Origin: Promineifilum sp.
GTDB taxonomy: Bacteria; Chloroflexota; Anaerolineae; Promineifilales; Promineifilaceae
Direction: 5' to 3'
Assembly (NCBI GenBank): GCA_019454405.1
Contig: JACFOH010000013.1
Location: 5,653 to 69,652 of the forward strand
DNA length: 64,000 bases
The notes below the pieces were generated by a model that saw only the letters and a list, made by a program, of their open reading frames with translations, had not been told where the DNA came from and did not search any database. Shown here piece after piece: positions 31,477-41,373 of the stretch (the stretch's first letter is position 1; every line of letters begins with the position of its first letter). A program made the position numbers and the translations under genes.

Positions 31477-33997
31477 TATTCTTGACCTGATGATAGAACC
31501 AACGCTTGGTTAGTTCGGCCGAGAGGAAGTATAAGGCAACGATGCCGAAGATAGTCAGCAACAGTGGCCATGAGAGCGGGGTGAATCCCAATAAGTTCGC
31601 CAGTGGAGAATAGGGTAAATACAGTGTGATCAGGATGACGATGGCGGTCATGGTCAGCATGGTGCGGCTGGGTTTGCTGCGCATGAACGGAAGGCGCGTT
31701 CTCACGGCAAAAACCACTACCCCTGCGGAGAGAACGGATTCGATGAACCAGCCCGTTTGAAAAGTCTGTTCATTGGCCCTGATGACCCACATGAGAATAG
31801 CGAATGTGGCATAGTCGAATACCGAACTGAGCGGGCCAAAGACCAGCATGAAGCGGCGGATGAAGCCGATATCCATGCGACGAGGGCGTTCCACGTAGAC
31901 ATCGTCTACGTTGTCATTGGCGATAGCCATTTCGGGCAGGTCGGTCAGGAAGTTGATCAGCAAGATTTGCTTGGGCAGCATCGGCAGGAACGGGAGAAGC
32001 AGCGATGCTCCCGCCATACTGAACATGTTGCCGAAGTTGGCGCTGACGGCCATGAACACATATTTAATCGTGTTGGCGAATGTTTTCCGCCCTTCCACGA
32101 TGCCCTCGCGCAGCACATCGAGGTCCTGTTTGAGCAATACCAGGTCGGCGGCTTCCTTGGCCACATCCACAGCATTGGCGACCGAGATGCCCACGTCAGC
32201 GCTGTGCAGCGACGGCGCGTCGTTGATGCCGTCGCCCATGTAACCCACCACATGTCCGCGCTTTTTGAGCGCCAGGATGACGCGCTCCTTCTCGTTGGGG
32301 TCCACTTCCGCGAAGATGGTGGTTTCCTCGGCCGCGAGCCAGAGCGCTTCGTCGCTCATGGCATCCATCTCCGAGCCGGTCAGCACTTTGACGTTGTCCA
32401 GCCCCACTACCTGGCCGGTATGGCGGGCGACCAATTGATTGTCGCCGGTGATGATTTTTAGCTGGACGCCAAGCTTCCACAATGCCTGAATAGTCTCCTG
32501 AACCCCGGGTTTGGGTGGATCGAAGAATAGCAGGAACCCCATCAGGATCATGCCGGCTTCGTCTTCCTTGGAATAAGGATGCTCTTGCTCGTTGATCGGC
32601 TTGGACGCCACGCCGAGCACGCGGTAGCCTTGCGCGCTCCACTGCTCGTATTGCGCCCGCACCTTGCCCAGGACTTCATTGTCCAGCGCCTTTTGTTCAT
32701 CCCCGACCTGCACCAGCGAACAGATGGCCAGAATGTTTTCCAGCGCGCCCTTGGTGATCATAGTCGCTGATGAGTTTTCCTGAGCTACGACGACGGTCAG
32801 ACGTTTGCGAATGAAATCATAGGGGATCTCGTCTACCTTCGAATACCCTTCCGAACCGTCGCCGCCCGCTTCGATGATGGCTTCGTCAAGAGGGTTCGCC
32901 AGACCGGTCTGCATATGGGCGTTCAGGTAGGCGAACAGTTTGACCTGGTCCGACGCCTGCCCGTTCACGTCCAGGGCGCCATCGAGTTGCACGACCCCCT
33001 CGGTCAGCGTACCTGTCTTGTCGGTACAGAGGATATCCATGCTCCCGAAGTTCTCGATGGACTCCAGCCGTCGCACGATAACCCCATGCCTGGCCATCTT
33101 CTGTGATCCTTTCGACAGGTTGATATTGATGATGGCGGGCAATAGTTGCGGCGTTAGCCCAACGGCCAGGGCGATAGAGAAGAGCAGGGAATCGAACACC
33201 GCCTTATGGAGCAGCACGTTGAAAAAGAAGATGCCGATGACCAGGATGAACATGACCTCGGTCAGCAAGTAGCCCAGGCGCTTGATGCCGCGCTCGAACT
33301 CGGTCTCCGGCGGCCGCAGAGTCAGGCGATCGGCGATCTGGCCGAACGCGGTGTTCCGCCCTGTTTTAACGATCAGCACTCTGGCATTGCCGCTGCGGAC
33401 GTTGGTGCCCATGAAAACCGTATTGGTCCGCTCCGGCAATCCGGCACTCTCAGGGACCACGCCGGGCGTCTTCTCCACCGGGAAGGTCTCACCGGTCAGC
33501 ACGGCTTGATTAACGAAGAAATCCTTGGCCTCGATCACTAACCCGTCGGCGGGGATCAGGCTGCCCGCCGAGAGCAGGGCGACATCGCCGGGGACGATCT
33601 CCTCGGTCGGAGTAGAGACGGGATTCCCATCGCGGAGCACGGTTGTCTTGAAAGAAAGTTGATCCTTCAACTTCTCGGCGGCGTTGTTCGCGTTGTACTC
33701 CTGAAAGAAACTGAGTAACGCGCTGCCCATCACGATCAGCAGGATGATGATGGCATCCGTCCAATCCTGCAGGAAAGCCGAGATCACCGTAGCGACGACG
33801 AGGATGAGCACGATGGGGCTTTTAAATTGATTGAAGAACAGGCCGAGCGGCGTGACTTTCGCCTCGGCATGAATGAGATTTGGGCCGCTGCGTTGCAGTG
33901 CTTCCTGCGCGGCCTGCTCGCTCAAGCCGTCAATCGAGGAGCCTAGCTCTGTGGCGATCGCATCTACCGGTTTTGACCAAAAAGGAGAGTCTGTCAT
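31469..33997 (-). CDS. mgtA: Magnesium-translocating P-type ATPase
   Basis: TGE, LAVGLTPQLLP, DKTGTLT, GDGINDAPSL, SANFGNMFS, FQTGWFIES; start 33997 (GAAGGA RBS) or 34033. Confidence 0.93.
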   Translation of the reverse strand: MTDSPFWSKPVDAIATELGSSIDGLSEQAAQEALQRSGPNLIHAEAKVTPLGLFFNQFKSPIVLILVVATVISAFLQDWTDAIIILLIVMGSALLSFFQEYNANNAAEKLKDQLSFKTTVLRDGNPVSTPTEEIVPGDVALLSAGSLIPADGLVIEAKDFFVNQAVLTGETFPVEKTPGVVPESAGLPERTNTVFMGTNVRSGNARVLIVKTGRNTAFGQIADRLTLRPPETEFERGIKRLGYLLTEVMFILVIGIFFFNVLLHKAVFDSLLFSIALAVGLTPQLLPAIININLSKGSQKMARHGVIVRRLESIENFGSMDILCTDKTGTLTEGVVQLDGALDVNGQASDQVKLFAYLNAHMQTGLANPLDEAIIEAGGDGSEGYSKVDEIPYDFIRKRLTVVVAQENSSATMITKGALENILAICSLVQVGDEQKALDNEVLGKVRAQYEQWSAQGYRVLGVASKPINEQEHPYSKEDEAGMILMGFLLFFDPPKPGVQETIQALWKLGVQLKIITGDNQLVARHTGQVVGLDNVKVLTGSEMDAMSDEALWLAAEETTIFAEVDPNEKERVILALKKRGHVVGYMGDGINDAPSLHSADVGISVANAVDVAKEAADLVLLKQDLDVLREGIVEGRKTFANTIKYVFMAVSANFGNMFSMAGASLLLPFLPMLPKQILLINFLTDLPEMAIANDNVDDVYVERPRRMDIGFIRRFMLVFGPLSSVFDYATFAILMWVIRANEQTFQTGWFIESVLSAGVVVFAVRTRLPFMRSKPSRTMLTMTAIVILITLYLPYSPLANLLGFTPLSWPLLLTIFGIVALYFLSAELTKRWFYHQVKNNV

Positions 33998-34175
33998 GAT
34001 GTCCTTCTGATTATTGATCAGACTGTTTGTCATTTATGGTATCAAATATATGCGCACTTCCATAGTCCGTGATGAATGGGAATTGAGACAAACCCATCGG
34101 GCCGCGCTATAATTAAGGGGGAGTTTACAATGATAATTGATGACCCGGCTCAGATCGGGTGAGGGTAGGGGAAAA

Positions 34176-34385
34176 ATGAACAAAGCGATCAGCTTCATGG
34201 CCGGTGCGGTTTGTGGCGCGTTGATTGGGGCGGTCACGGCCTTGCTTCTGACGCCGTCGTCCGGCTCTGATTTGATGCAGAGCGCGGAGGAGCGCTGGCA
34301 GTTAGCCAAGGACGAGGCGCGGAACGCCATGGAAGAACGGCGGCGCGAGCTGGAAGAGCAATATCGCTCGGCTAAACAGTCCTGA
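34176..34385 (+). CDS. YtxH-like small membrane protein
   Basis: FMAGAVCGALIGAVTALLLTPSSG followed by a charged helix. Confidence 0.85.
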   Translation: MNKAISFMAGAVCGALIGAVTALLLTPSSGSDLMQSAEERWQLAKDEARNAMEERRRELEEQYRSAKQS

Positions 34386-34389
34386 CTGT

Positions 34390-36399
34390 TTACCTCTCGA
34401 CGGACAGCCAATAATCAGCCGTTGACTCCACAAACGGTGTCAACGGCATAATGATCAGCGCACCACCCTCGGCGCCCAGTTCTGTTTCTATCCTCCCCCG
34501 ATTCAGCTCATCGAGTGTCAACGGCAGAACTTCGGGCGCGCCCCCTTTGCGAATCAATCGAACCTCCCATTGTTGCGGCAGGATATGACCTGTCTCGACG
34601 AACCCGCTCGGCCGCCACTGGGGCTGTTCCGCCAGTTGGGGAATGGTCAGATGGCTGAGAGCGAAACCACGGCCGAACGCTTCGAAGTCCGTCATAACAT
34701 CGAAACGAAGCAGGACGGCCTTGCCCGTGTAGGCGCTCAAATCGATTTGTTCGGACACCCAATTGTTGTCATGGTCGAGGGCCTCCGCGCTTTGCCCGCC
34801 CCAGCCCGGCCCGTAGGCTCCCATGATGGCGTGCCCCGGCTCCAGGACGCGCCATGTGGCTCCTTCATCGGTTGAGATAGAAAGATAGGCGAAATCGTAG
34901 AGGGGTTCCAGATCGTACCAGGCTGCGAATGAGAGTTCGGCGTTCGACAAGCCCGACAAGTCGGCGGCGGCCGTCAATCGGCTGCGGGCGTTGTCTGCCG
35001 GTGGCGCGAACCAGATCGGTCCTCCGCCAGGCGGCTCATCAGTTAGGGCTGTCACGGTGTCCCCGGCGAATGTAAGCGTCGCTCGGCCGCGAAAATCCAG
35101 ATCGATGTAGTCGATGGCATATTGATCGAGAGTCGCCGTCTCCGAAAAGGGAAGCTGCCGCACCCGATTGGCGAAGAATGGCCGCGGCAGGGCATACCCG
35201 TTGATGTTGTAACGAGGGTCGGCTGACTTGCCGTCCAGGAAGAGCGCCGTCGCCCAATCGGCCGTGAAGCGTTCCAGTGACAGCTCGGGCAGATGACCAG
35301 CCAGGGTGTTGCGCACGGCCGCCAGCCCGTTGGCCGGCTGGCGAGCCAGTTCGGCCAGGGCCGCGTCGCCCGCCTGTTGCCAAAAGTAGAGCAGGTAGAG
35401 GAACGCGCCGCCGTAATGGGCATAGATCTCCGGGTCGAACTCCGTCCATCGATCGAGCCGGATGTTGGTTTGCTCCAGATAAGGTGACGGATCGACGGTG
35501 TCCAGACCGGCCATGACTTCGGCGATCTGTGATAACCCCTCATTGAACCATTGGTCCTCGTTGGCGTCCAGGTTCCATTGGATGAGATGTTGCACTTCAT
35601 GAACGAGCGTGCCGTCATAAAGGGGCGTTCCTAACGTCAGTTGGCCCATATTCAGGTAAATCATCTCCCGCTCGTTTGATTGGCTGAATAGCGAGCGCGG
35701 GTATTGATTTTCATCAGTGAAGTAGCCCAGTTGATAAGTATCGGTCGCGCCCAATACGTGAAGTACCGTGAAGCGCATGTCGCCGTCGATGCCCGGCCGC
35801 CATTCCTGTCCGAAATTGCGGCTGAGGATCGGATAATATTCATTGCGCAGGCGTCCGGCAGCGGCGACCAATGCCGGTTGATCGAGCGACAACCCTGTCT
35901 CGACCCAGAAGGTGGCCAGGTCGTCCATGTAGGCCAACTCCGCCTCGCGAGGGCCATCGGCCGTCTGGAAAATCGCCGTCTGTCCCACCGCGTAGCCGGC
36001 CGCTTGCCCGGTCCGATCTCCCAGCTCGCGGTTGCCCAGTTCTTGCGCGGTGGCGAAGTAGTCATGAGCCGGTACGAGGGTGGTGAATAACCGGTCGAGA
36101 TCGCCTGCCGCCCGTTCAGGAACCGGGACTTGTTCGATCGATGGTGGAATGTTCGAGTAGTCCGCAGTTTCTGCGGTCGGGGGCATGAGCTTGCCGTCCG
36201 GCGGGTGATTACCGGCGGCGGGGTTGCTGAATGTCGGCGGCGCTTGGGGCGATGGGACCACGACGATCTGTTCGGCCGGCCGGGCCAGACGCCACATCAT
36301 CAGCGCGAGCAAAGCAAGGGCGATCCCTGTCAGTATAAGAGCGATACCCCATCGAAAAGGCCTGGGCCTGCTTCCCCCGGAAGATGATGACTCGTTCAT
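34390..36399 (-). CDS. Membrane-anchored zinc metallopeptidase (immune inhibitor A / M6-M30-like)
   Basis: TM anchor, HEVQH...NEGLS zincin motif, WYDLE..YDFAY and DLSAYTGK..LRF C-terminal domain. Confidence 0.8.
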   Translation of the reverse strand: MNESSSSGGSRPRPFRWGIALILTGIALALLALMMWRLARPAEQIVVVPSPQAPPTFSNPAAGNHPPDGKLMPPTAETADYSNIPPSIEQVPVPERAAGDLDRLFTTLVPAHDYFATAQELGNRELGDRTGQAAGYAVGQTAIFQTADGPREAELAYMDDLATFWVETGLSLDQPALVAAAGRLRNEYYPILSRNFGQEWRPGIDGDMRFTVLHVLGATDTYQLGYFTDENQYPRSLFSQSNEREMIYLNMGQLTLGTPLYDGTLVHEVQHLIQWNLDANEDQWFNEGLSQIAEVMAGLDTVDPSPYLEQTNIRLDRWTEFDPEIYAHYGGAFLYLLYFWQQAGDAALAELARQPANGLAAVRNTLAGHLPELSLERFTADWATALFLDGKSADPRYNINGYALPRPFFANRVRQLPFSETATLDQYAIDYIDLDFRGRATLTFAGDTVTALTDEPPGGGPIWFAPPADNARSRLTAAADLSGLSNAELSFAAWYDLEPLYDFAYLSISTDEGATWRVLEPGHAIMGAYGPGWGGQSAEALDHDNNWVSEQIDLSAYTGKAVLLRFDVMTDFEAFGRGFALSHLTIPQLAEQPQWRPSGFVETGHILPQQWEVRLIRKGGAPEVLPLTLDELNRGRIETELGAEGGALIIMPLTPFVESTADYWLSVER

Positions 36400-36496
36400 G
36401 GCTTGCGGGTGATTGTACTCATCGGCCGAACCCCGGCGCAACTGTTACCGAGGCGCAGTGTTGTAACTCTCTGTAGAGGTTGTTCAACGATCAAGC

Positions 36497-37648
36497 ATGA
36501 TGACGCGATACGCCCATATCGTCGGCTGGGGGTGCTACCTCCCTGACCGCACAGTGACCAACGACGAACTGTCGCAGATCGTCGATACGAGCGACGAATG
36601 GATTTACCAGCGCACGGGTATTCGCACGCGCCATATCGCCGCCGCTCACGAGACCACAGCCACCCTGGCTTTTGAGGCGGCCGCGCGCGCGTTGGCGGTG
36701 GCTGACATGCATCCTTCGCAAGTGGATCTGATCATTGTCGCGACCTCAACCCCCGCGTATATGTTTCCCTCCACCGCCTGTTTAGTGCAGGATTACCTGG
36801 GGGCGACGAAGGCGGCCGCCTTTGACTTGAGCGCGGCGTGCTCCGGATTCGTCTACGCCTTGCAGATGGCCGCGCAATCGATCGCTACCGGCTCGATGCG
36901 AAATGCTATCATCATCGGTTCGGAGACGATGTCGCGCGTGCTTGACTGGAGTGACCGCAGCACTTGTGTCCTCTTCGGCGATGGCGCGGGCGCGGTCGTG
37001 TTGAAAGGCTCCAGTATCCCCGGTGGCGTGATGGCTACGACGTTACGTTCGGATGGATCGGGGGCCGATCTGCTCAGCCTGCCTGCGCTCTACCATAACC
37101 CTGTGCCGGTCATGGGCGCGGAATTCTCAACCAACGGCCATCACAAGAACATCATTGACATGGACGGCCGGCAGGTCTACCGGTTCGCAACCAATGTGAT
37201 CGCCTCGTCCATCCAGGATGTCCTGAGGCAAGCTGAACTCACCGCTGACGACATTGCCCTGATCATTCCCCACCAGGCCAACACCCGAATTATCGAGACA
37301 GCGGCTAAAAAGCTTAAGATGCCGATGGAGAAGTTCTATCTGAATGTGGAACATAACGGCAACACGTCGGCCGCGTCGATCCCCTTGGCCCTGTGCGACG
37401 CCGTCCGCGAAGGGCGACTCAAACCGGATGATAACGTGGTGTTCGTCGGTTTTGGCGGCGGGCTGACCTGGGGCGCGTCTGTAGTCAAATGGGGCGTGCG
37501 ACCTCAGGAGGCGGCGCCGAGCGGCAATGAGTGGAAGCGCGTCCGCTATGTCCTGGCTCGCGGCCGTTCGCGCCTGCGCCGTCTGCAACGTAAGGTCGAA
37601 GCGATCGTGACCGGCCGTTCCGACAACGGGAAGGAGCCTGAACGCTAG
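36497..37648 (+). CDS. fabH: 3-oxoacyl-ACP synthase III
   Basis: DTSDEWI, AACSGF, LFGDGAGA, PHQAN, GNTSAAS, GFGGGLTWG. Confidence 0.95.
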   Translation: MMTRYAHIVGWGCYLPDRTVTNDELSQIVDTSDEWIYQRTGIRTRHIAAAHETTATLAFEAAARALAVADMHPSQVDLIIVATSTPAYMFPSTACLVQDYLGATKAAAFDLSAACSGFVYALQMAAQSIATGSMRNAIIIGSETMSRVLDWSDRSTCVLFGDGAGAVVLKGSSIPGGVMATTLRSDGSGADLLSLPALYHNPVPVMGAEFSTNGHHKNIIDMDGRQVYRFATNVIASSIQDVLRQAELTADDIALIIPHQANTRIIETAAKKLKMPMEKFYLNVEHNGNTSAASIPLALCDAVREGRLKPDDNVVFVGFGGGLTWGASVVKWGVRPQEAAPSGNEWKRVRYVLARGRSRLRRLQRKVEAIVTGRSDNGKEPER

Positions 37649-38346
37649 GACGCGCCGCCCGCCTTGCTCCCGCTTTTGAGCGCCAATCCGATTTGCCGAA
37701 CCAGCTCGTCCTCTTCAAGCTCGCCGTTGTAATGTACCCGCTGATTGATGACTACATGTGGCAGATATTGTGCCGAGTATCGCTGCGCGGCTTCGGGGAA
37801 GAAGTCGGTGACAATTAGAAATGTTCGGACTCGGTCGGTCGATGCCGCCGCGCCGAATGCCGACTTGGCCACGACGGCCCCGGCCTCGTCTTCGGCCGAG
37901 GTCAGGAGTTCGATCGCGACGTCGGTCCCATAGGTCTCCACCATCCGGTGCAGTTTCAATCGCGAGAGAGGCTCGATCGTTTGTCCGCGAAATGAAGCTG
38001 CCTGGATCGCCGCGATAAGCGATGTCATCTGGAAGCCGATGGGCAGTCCAATGATCCGCAACCCCAGGTCGGCGGACGCTTCGGCTGTCCCGATCATGAT
38101 GCCGATAACCGGATAATAGGGATAATTAACCCGGCGCGGGAACAGCCGGTAAGACAGTTTGTCCGGGAAGCGCTCGGTCAATACCTTGGCCAGACGCGCC
38201 GCTTCTCGCTCAGCCGCGCCGGCGGACTCGTCGCCCCAGATGTGCAGGCACACCGGCTCGGGCAGGTTGCTCAGAAAATCGGGTAGTTGTTGCCAGGTTT
38301 CTTCGTCAAATGGAACGGAACCCGGTACATTTTGAGAATTGTTCAT
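37645..38346 (-). CDS. Double thioredoxin-fold protein (AhpF-NTD/PDO-like) lacking CxxC
   Basis: GLPIGFQMTSLIAAI and FPEAAQRY...PHVVIN resemble PDO/AhpF N-terminal domain motifs. Confidence 0.6.
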   Translation of the reverse strand: MNNSQNVPGSVPFDEETWQQLPDFLSNLPEPVCLHIWGDESAGAAEREAARLAKVLTERFPDKLSYRLFPRRVNYPYYPVIGIMIGTAEASADLGLRIIGLPIGFQMTSLIAAIQAASFRGQTIEPLSRLKLHRMVETYGTDVAIELLTSAEDEAGAVVAKSAFGAAASTDRVRTFLIVTDFFPEAAQRYSAQYLPHVVINQRVHYNGELEEDELVRQIGLALKSGSKAGGAS

Positions 38347-38979
38347 ATGATTGAATTACTCATCGCTTTATTGCTTTGGTCTGTATTCCATAGCCTGATG
38401 GCCGGCGTGGCGGCAAAGAACTGGTTTCAGGACACCTTCGGCGAACGAACTTACCGGGGATTATATCGATTGCTCTTCAATATCATCGCCGGATGGACCC
38501 TGCTGCCGATCCTTTACTTATTGGCTACGCGCGCGCCGAATGGATTGCTATGGTCCGTACCAATGCCCTATCGTCTGATTAATTATACCGTGCAATTCAT
38601 CGGCGTGCTGGGCGCCCTGATGTCGTTGTGGCAGACGGATGTCTGGCGATTTATGGGATTGCGCCAAATCGTTCGTTTCCTGCACGGCGAGGCGGACCCT
38701 GAGCCTCCGTCACGGTTCATCGACACCGGCACCTATAAAGTCGTGCGCCACCCGCTCTATTTTTTCAGCCTGCTTATCTTGTGGGCCAACCCGGTGATGA
38801 GTTGGTTAGCCTTCATCGCGAGCGGGTGGGCCACCATCTACTTTATCGTTGGCTCTTACCTGGAAGAGCGACGGTTGCTGGCCAAATTTGGCGACCCCTA
38901 TCGCCGGTACCAGGCGCAGGTCCCGCGCTTCATCCCGTTGCTTCGAGGGCATGATCAGCCCTCTGCCACCGGTAAGTAG
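38347..38979 (+). CDS. Isoprenylcysteine carboxyl methyltransferase / NnrU / MddA-like membrane protein
   Basis: HSLMA, YRLLFN, GTYKVVRHPLY, EERRL..FG..Y..Y..VPRF. Confidence 0.8.
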   Translation: MIELLIALLLWSVFHSLMAGVAAKNWFQDTFGERTYRGLYRLLFNIIAGWTLLPILYLLATRAPNGLLWSVPMPYRLINYTVQFIGVLGALMSLWQTDVWRFMGLRQIVRFLHGEADPEPPSRFIDTGTYKVVRHPLYFFSLLILWANPVMSWLAFIASGWATIYFIVGSYLEERRLLAKFGDPYRRYQAQVPRFIPLLRGHDQPSATGK

Positions 38980-39713
38980 AGGGCAAAGGTCACCCCTCTC
39001 CCCGCCTCGCTGATGGCTTCTACGTAGCCGTTGTGTTTTCCGGCGATTAGACGGGCGAGTATCAGTCCGATGTCTGCCCCTCGCAGCAGGGGGGAACCGC
39101 TTTGGCCGGTGTCTGACATATCAAATAATCGCGCCAGATTATCGTGATCCAGGCTGCGCTCCGGATCGGTCAACGTCACCCGACCGAGATGATCCTGGCG
39201 AGCGAGGGCGATTTGCAATTCAGTGCCGGGCCGCGCGTACTTTGTCACATGGCTGAGAAGATTATAGAGCGCGCGGTCGATCTGTACCCGGTCGACTTCT
39301 ACCTGGAGGGGAACAGGCAAGGGCTGATAGGAAATAGCGATTTCTTTCAGTTGAGCCAACGCTTCCATCTGCGCCAGAACTGTGCCGACTCGACCGTTGA
39401 GATCGTCGCGGCTAACGTTGAGAGTTATCCGGCCGCTCTCCAACAGATCCAGCGTTATCAGATTATCTATCATTTTCCCCAAGGCTTCGGCATGGGCGAG
39501 GATATTGGCAATGTATTCGCGGGCTACGTCGCTCTCGCCTGCCAAATCGGCCGCCAGAAGTTGGGAGTAACCCTGGATGATCGCCAGAGGAGTCCGCAGA
39601 TCATGGGCGACCATTGCCAATACGTTCGACCTGTGCCGTTGGATGGCTGTCAACTGCGCTTCAGCCTGGGCAAGTTCCTCCTGTAGGTTGCGTATCACTT
39701 TCTCTTGGTTCAT
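38955..39713 (-). CDS. Sensorless HisKA histidine kinase with degenerate ATPase domain
   Basis: H-box AHDLRTPL intact; N-box NLLSHVTKY and G1 TDPERS deviate from consensus. Confidence 0.8.
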   Translation of the reverse strand: MNQEKVIRNLQEELAQAEAQLTAIQRHRSNVLAMVAHDLRTPLAIIQGYSQLLAADLAGESDVAREYIANILAHAEALGKMIDNLITLDLLESGRITLNVSRDDLNGRVGTVLAQMEALAQLKEIAISYQPLPVPLQVEVDRVQIDRALYNLLSHVTKYARPGTELQIALARQDHLGRVTLTDPERSLDHDNLARLFDMSDTGQSGSPLLRGADIGLILARLIAGKHNGYVEAISEAGRGVTFALYLPVAEG

Positions 39714-39760
39714 GGCGTAGGTCTTGATCTGTCTTGATATACTTGGCGCGCCCGAGATGA

Positions 39761-41356
39761 CTAGGGTGTCGGTGACGGGCTAAGCTCAGGCGGTATCGTG
39801 CCTGTGATATCAAGGTAGCGTGTTGAGAGCCACCCCTGCCTGGGCCCAAACGGTGATTGCCATTCGATCAATAACCATGGGTAATCCGTCTCGACCAGAG
39901 TCAATGGCGTCCCGGCTTCGATAATGTCGAGCTGCTCTGATTCCAGTGATGGTTCGCGATAGGTCCATACCGGACGATTGGGTATGATGGCCAGCGGGAT
40001 ATCGGTCGGCTCGGGTGTGGTCAATGGTTCGGGTGTTTCGGTGGGCACGTCCGTTGGCGTCATCGTTGGCGTAGCTGTGGGCGTTTGCGTCGCCGTGGCT
40101 GTGGGCGATGGCGATGGGGTCGCGGTCATCGTTGACGTAACCGTATAGGTTGGGCTGGGCATGGTCGTCGACGTTGGGGTTGGCGTGGATGTCCCGAATG
40201 CGACAGGCAACAAGGCCAGCGTGAACTGGAGATAGAAGCACGCGAAAGCCAGGAGCAATGCCCCGCCGATACCCATCCCGGCCAGGGCCAATTTTTGGCC
40301 CCGGGTCAGGGGGGCAGGCTTGTCGGCCGGTGCGGTCATATCGCCGAGTTCAACGGCTATCTGATCGAGCGAGGGCTGTAATTCGCCCAACCGGCTCATA
40401 TCCCCGTCGAAAGATTGCAAGGCTCTGTAGTGGTCGGTGTGAAGTCGGTTGATTATGCGGTGAAGTTCGGCCCGAAAGCCCGAAGGCTCGATGCCATGGA
40501 TAACGACCGCCAGATAACACAGTTGGCCATCCTGCACGATGATTCGCTGTTCGCCGTATTGAATTTCATCGATTGATGAGGAGGCTTCCTGGGATTCAAA
40601 GGAGTCGTGCATGAAATCACGCACGGCGGTCAGCATTCCACTGATCAGGTCCGAGTCAACAGCTTTATCACTGCCGGCCCGTGCCAGCAGCAACCCGGAA
40701 CCTCGCTCGATCAGGAATATCTCGCGAACCTGAAAAGGTAAGGCGTCGCGCATCACCAAATCGGTATCCGAAACGCCGCCCAATCGTGCTCTGATTCGCC
40801 GGCCGAATTGTCCCAAACTGAAGGTTGATTTCAGCCGCGCGTCGATGTTGCGCTGAAGTTCCCGGAAGTATTCACCGACATAGCGCAGGGCGACATCGCC
40901 AATGATCGGGTAAAGAGCTTCGATAAGGCTGTGTCGTGATTGTTGGATCTGTCTTTCGAGCGCTTCGCCCATCACTGGAGCGACAGCCTCGGCCAACTCT
41001 CCTCGCGATTGGCGTTCCTGTGCGCGTAGCGCGCCGGCCATCACCGGCCCCAGCGCCTCGGCCATATCTTCGGGAGCGGCCGTGACGCGGCGGGCGATCA
41101 CGCCATCGATATCGTCTGCCAGCCCGTCGGCTTCTTCGCGTAGTCTTTTCTCGGTGACGACCAACTCGGCTTGCAGCGCCGCCAATTGGGCTTTAAGCGC
41201 GTCAATTTCACTCTTTAGGCGTTCTTTTTCTTGATCGAGCTGGTTGATCCGTTCGCTTTCAGCCGCGAAGAGAATGCGCCGAATGGATGAAAGGGAGGGT
41301 TCTCCGTTGGATGCCGGCGATGGGCCTGGCGGGTCGGACCCGGTGGGGATATCCAT
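39761..41356 (-). CDS. Bitopic protein: coiled coil, helical repeats, longin/roadblock-like domain, TM, Thr/Pro linker, SH3b-like domain
   Basis: Heptads in the N-terminus; FLIERGSGLLL...DSDLISGMLTAVRDF; TM; TPTPT linker; W..I...GWLS end. Confidence 0.65.
   Translation of the reverse strand: MDIPTGSDPPGPSPASNGEPSLSSIRRILFAAESERINQLDQEKERLKSEIDALKAQLAALQAELVVTEKRLREEADGLADDIDGVIARRVTAAPEDMAEALGPVMAGALRAQERQSRGELAEAVAPVMGEALERQIQQSRHSLIEALYPIIGDVALRYVGEYFRELQRNIDARLKSTFSLGQFGRRIRARLGGVSDTDLVMRDALPFQVREIFLIERGSGLLLARAGSDKAVDSDLISGMLTAVRDFMHDSFESQEASSSIDEIQYGEQRIIVQDGQLCYLAVVIHGIEPSGFRAELHRIINRLHTDHYRALQSFDGDMSRLGELQPSLDQIAVELGDMTAPADKPAPLTRGQKLALAGMGIGGALLLAFACFYLQFTLALLPVAFGTSTPTPTSTTMPSPTYTVTSTMTATPSPSPTATATQTPTATPTMTPTDVPTETPEPLTTPEPTDIPLAIIPNRPVWTYREPSLESEQLDIIEAGTPLTLVETDYPWLLIEWQSPFGPRQGWLSTRYLDITGTIPPELSPSPTP
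40877..41065 (-). repeat. Three 23-aa helical repeats within the bitopic protein
   Basis: MAEALGPVMAGALRAQERQSRGE / LAEAVAPVMGEALERQIQQSRHS / LIEALYPIIGDVALRYV. Confidence 0.7.
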
Positions 41357-41373
41357 CGTGGATGATTCGGCGA

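Noticed and set aside
34034-34063. 9-codon ORF (MEVRIYLIP) abutting mgtA, a possible MgtL-like leader peptide
   Set aside because: No RBS, only one Pro, no attenuator hairpins seen; no M-box riboswitch recognisable in the short intergenic region
40000-40195. Low-complexity tandem-like DNA
   Set aside because: Encodes the Thr/Pro linker of the bitopic protein; not an independent repeat element
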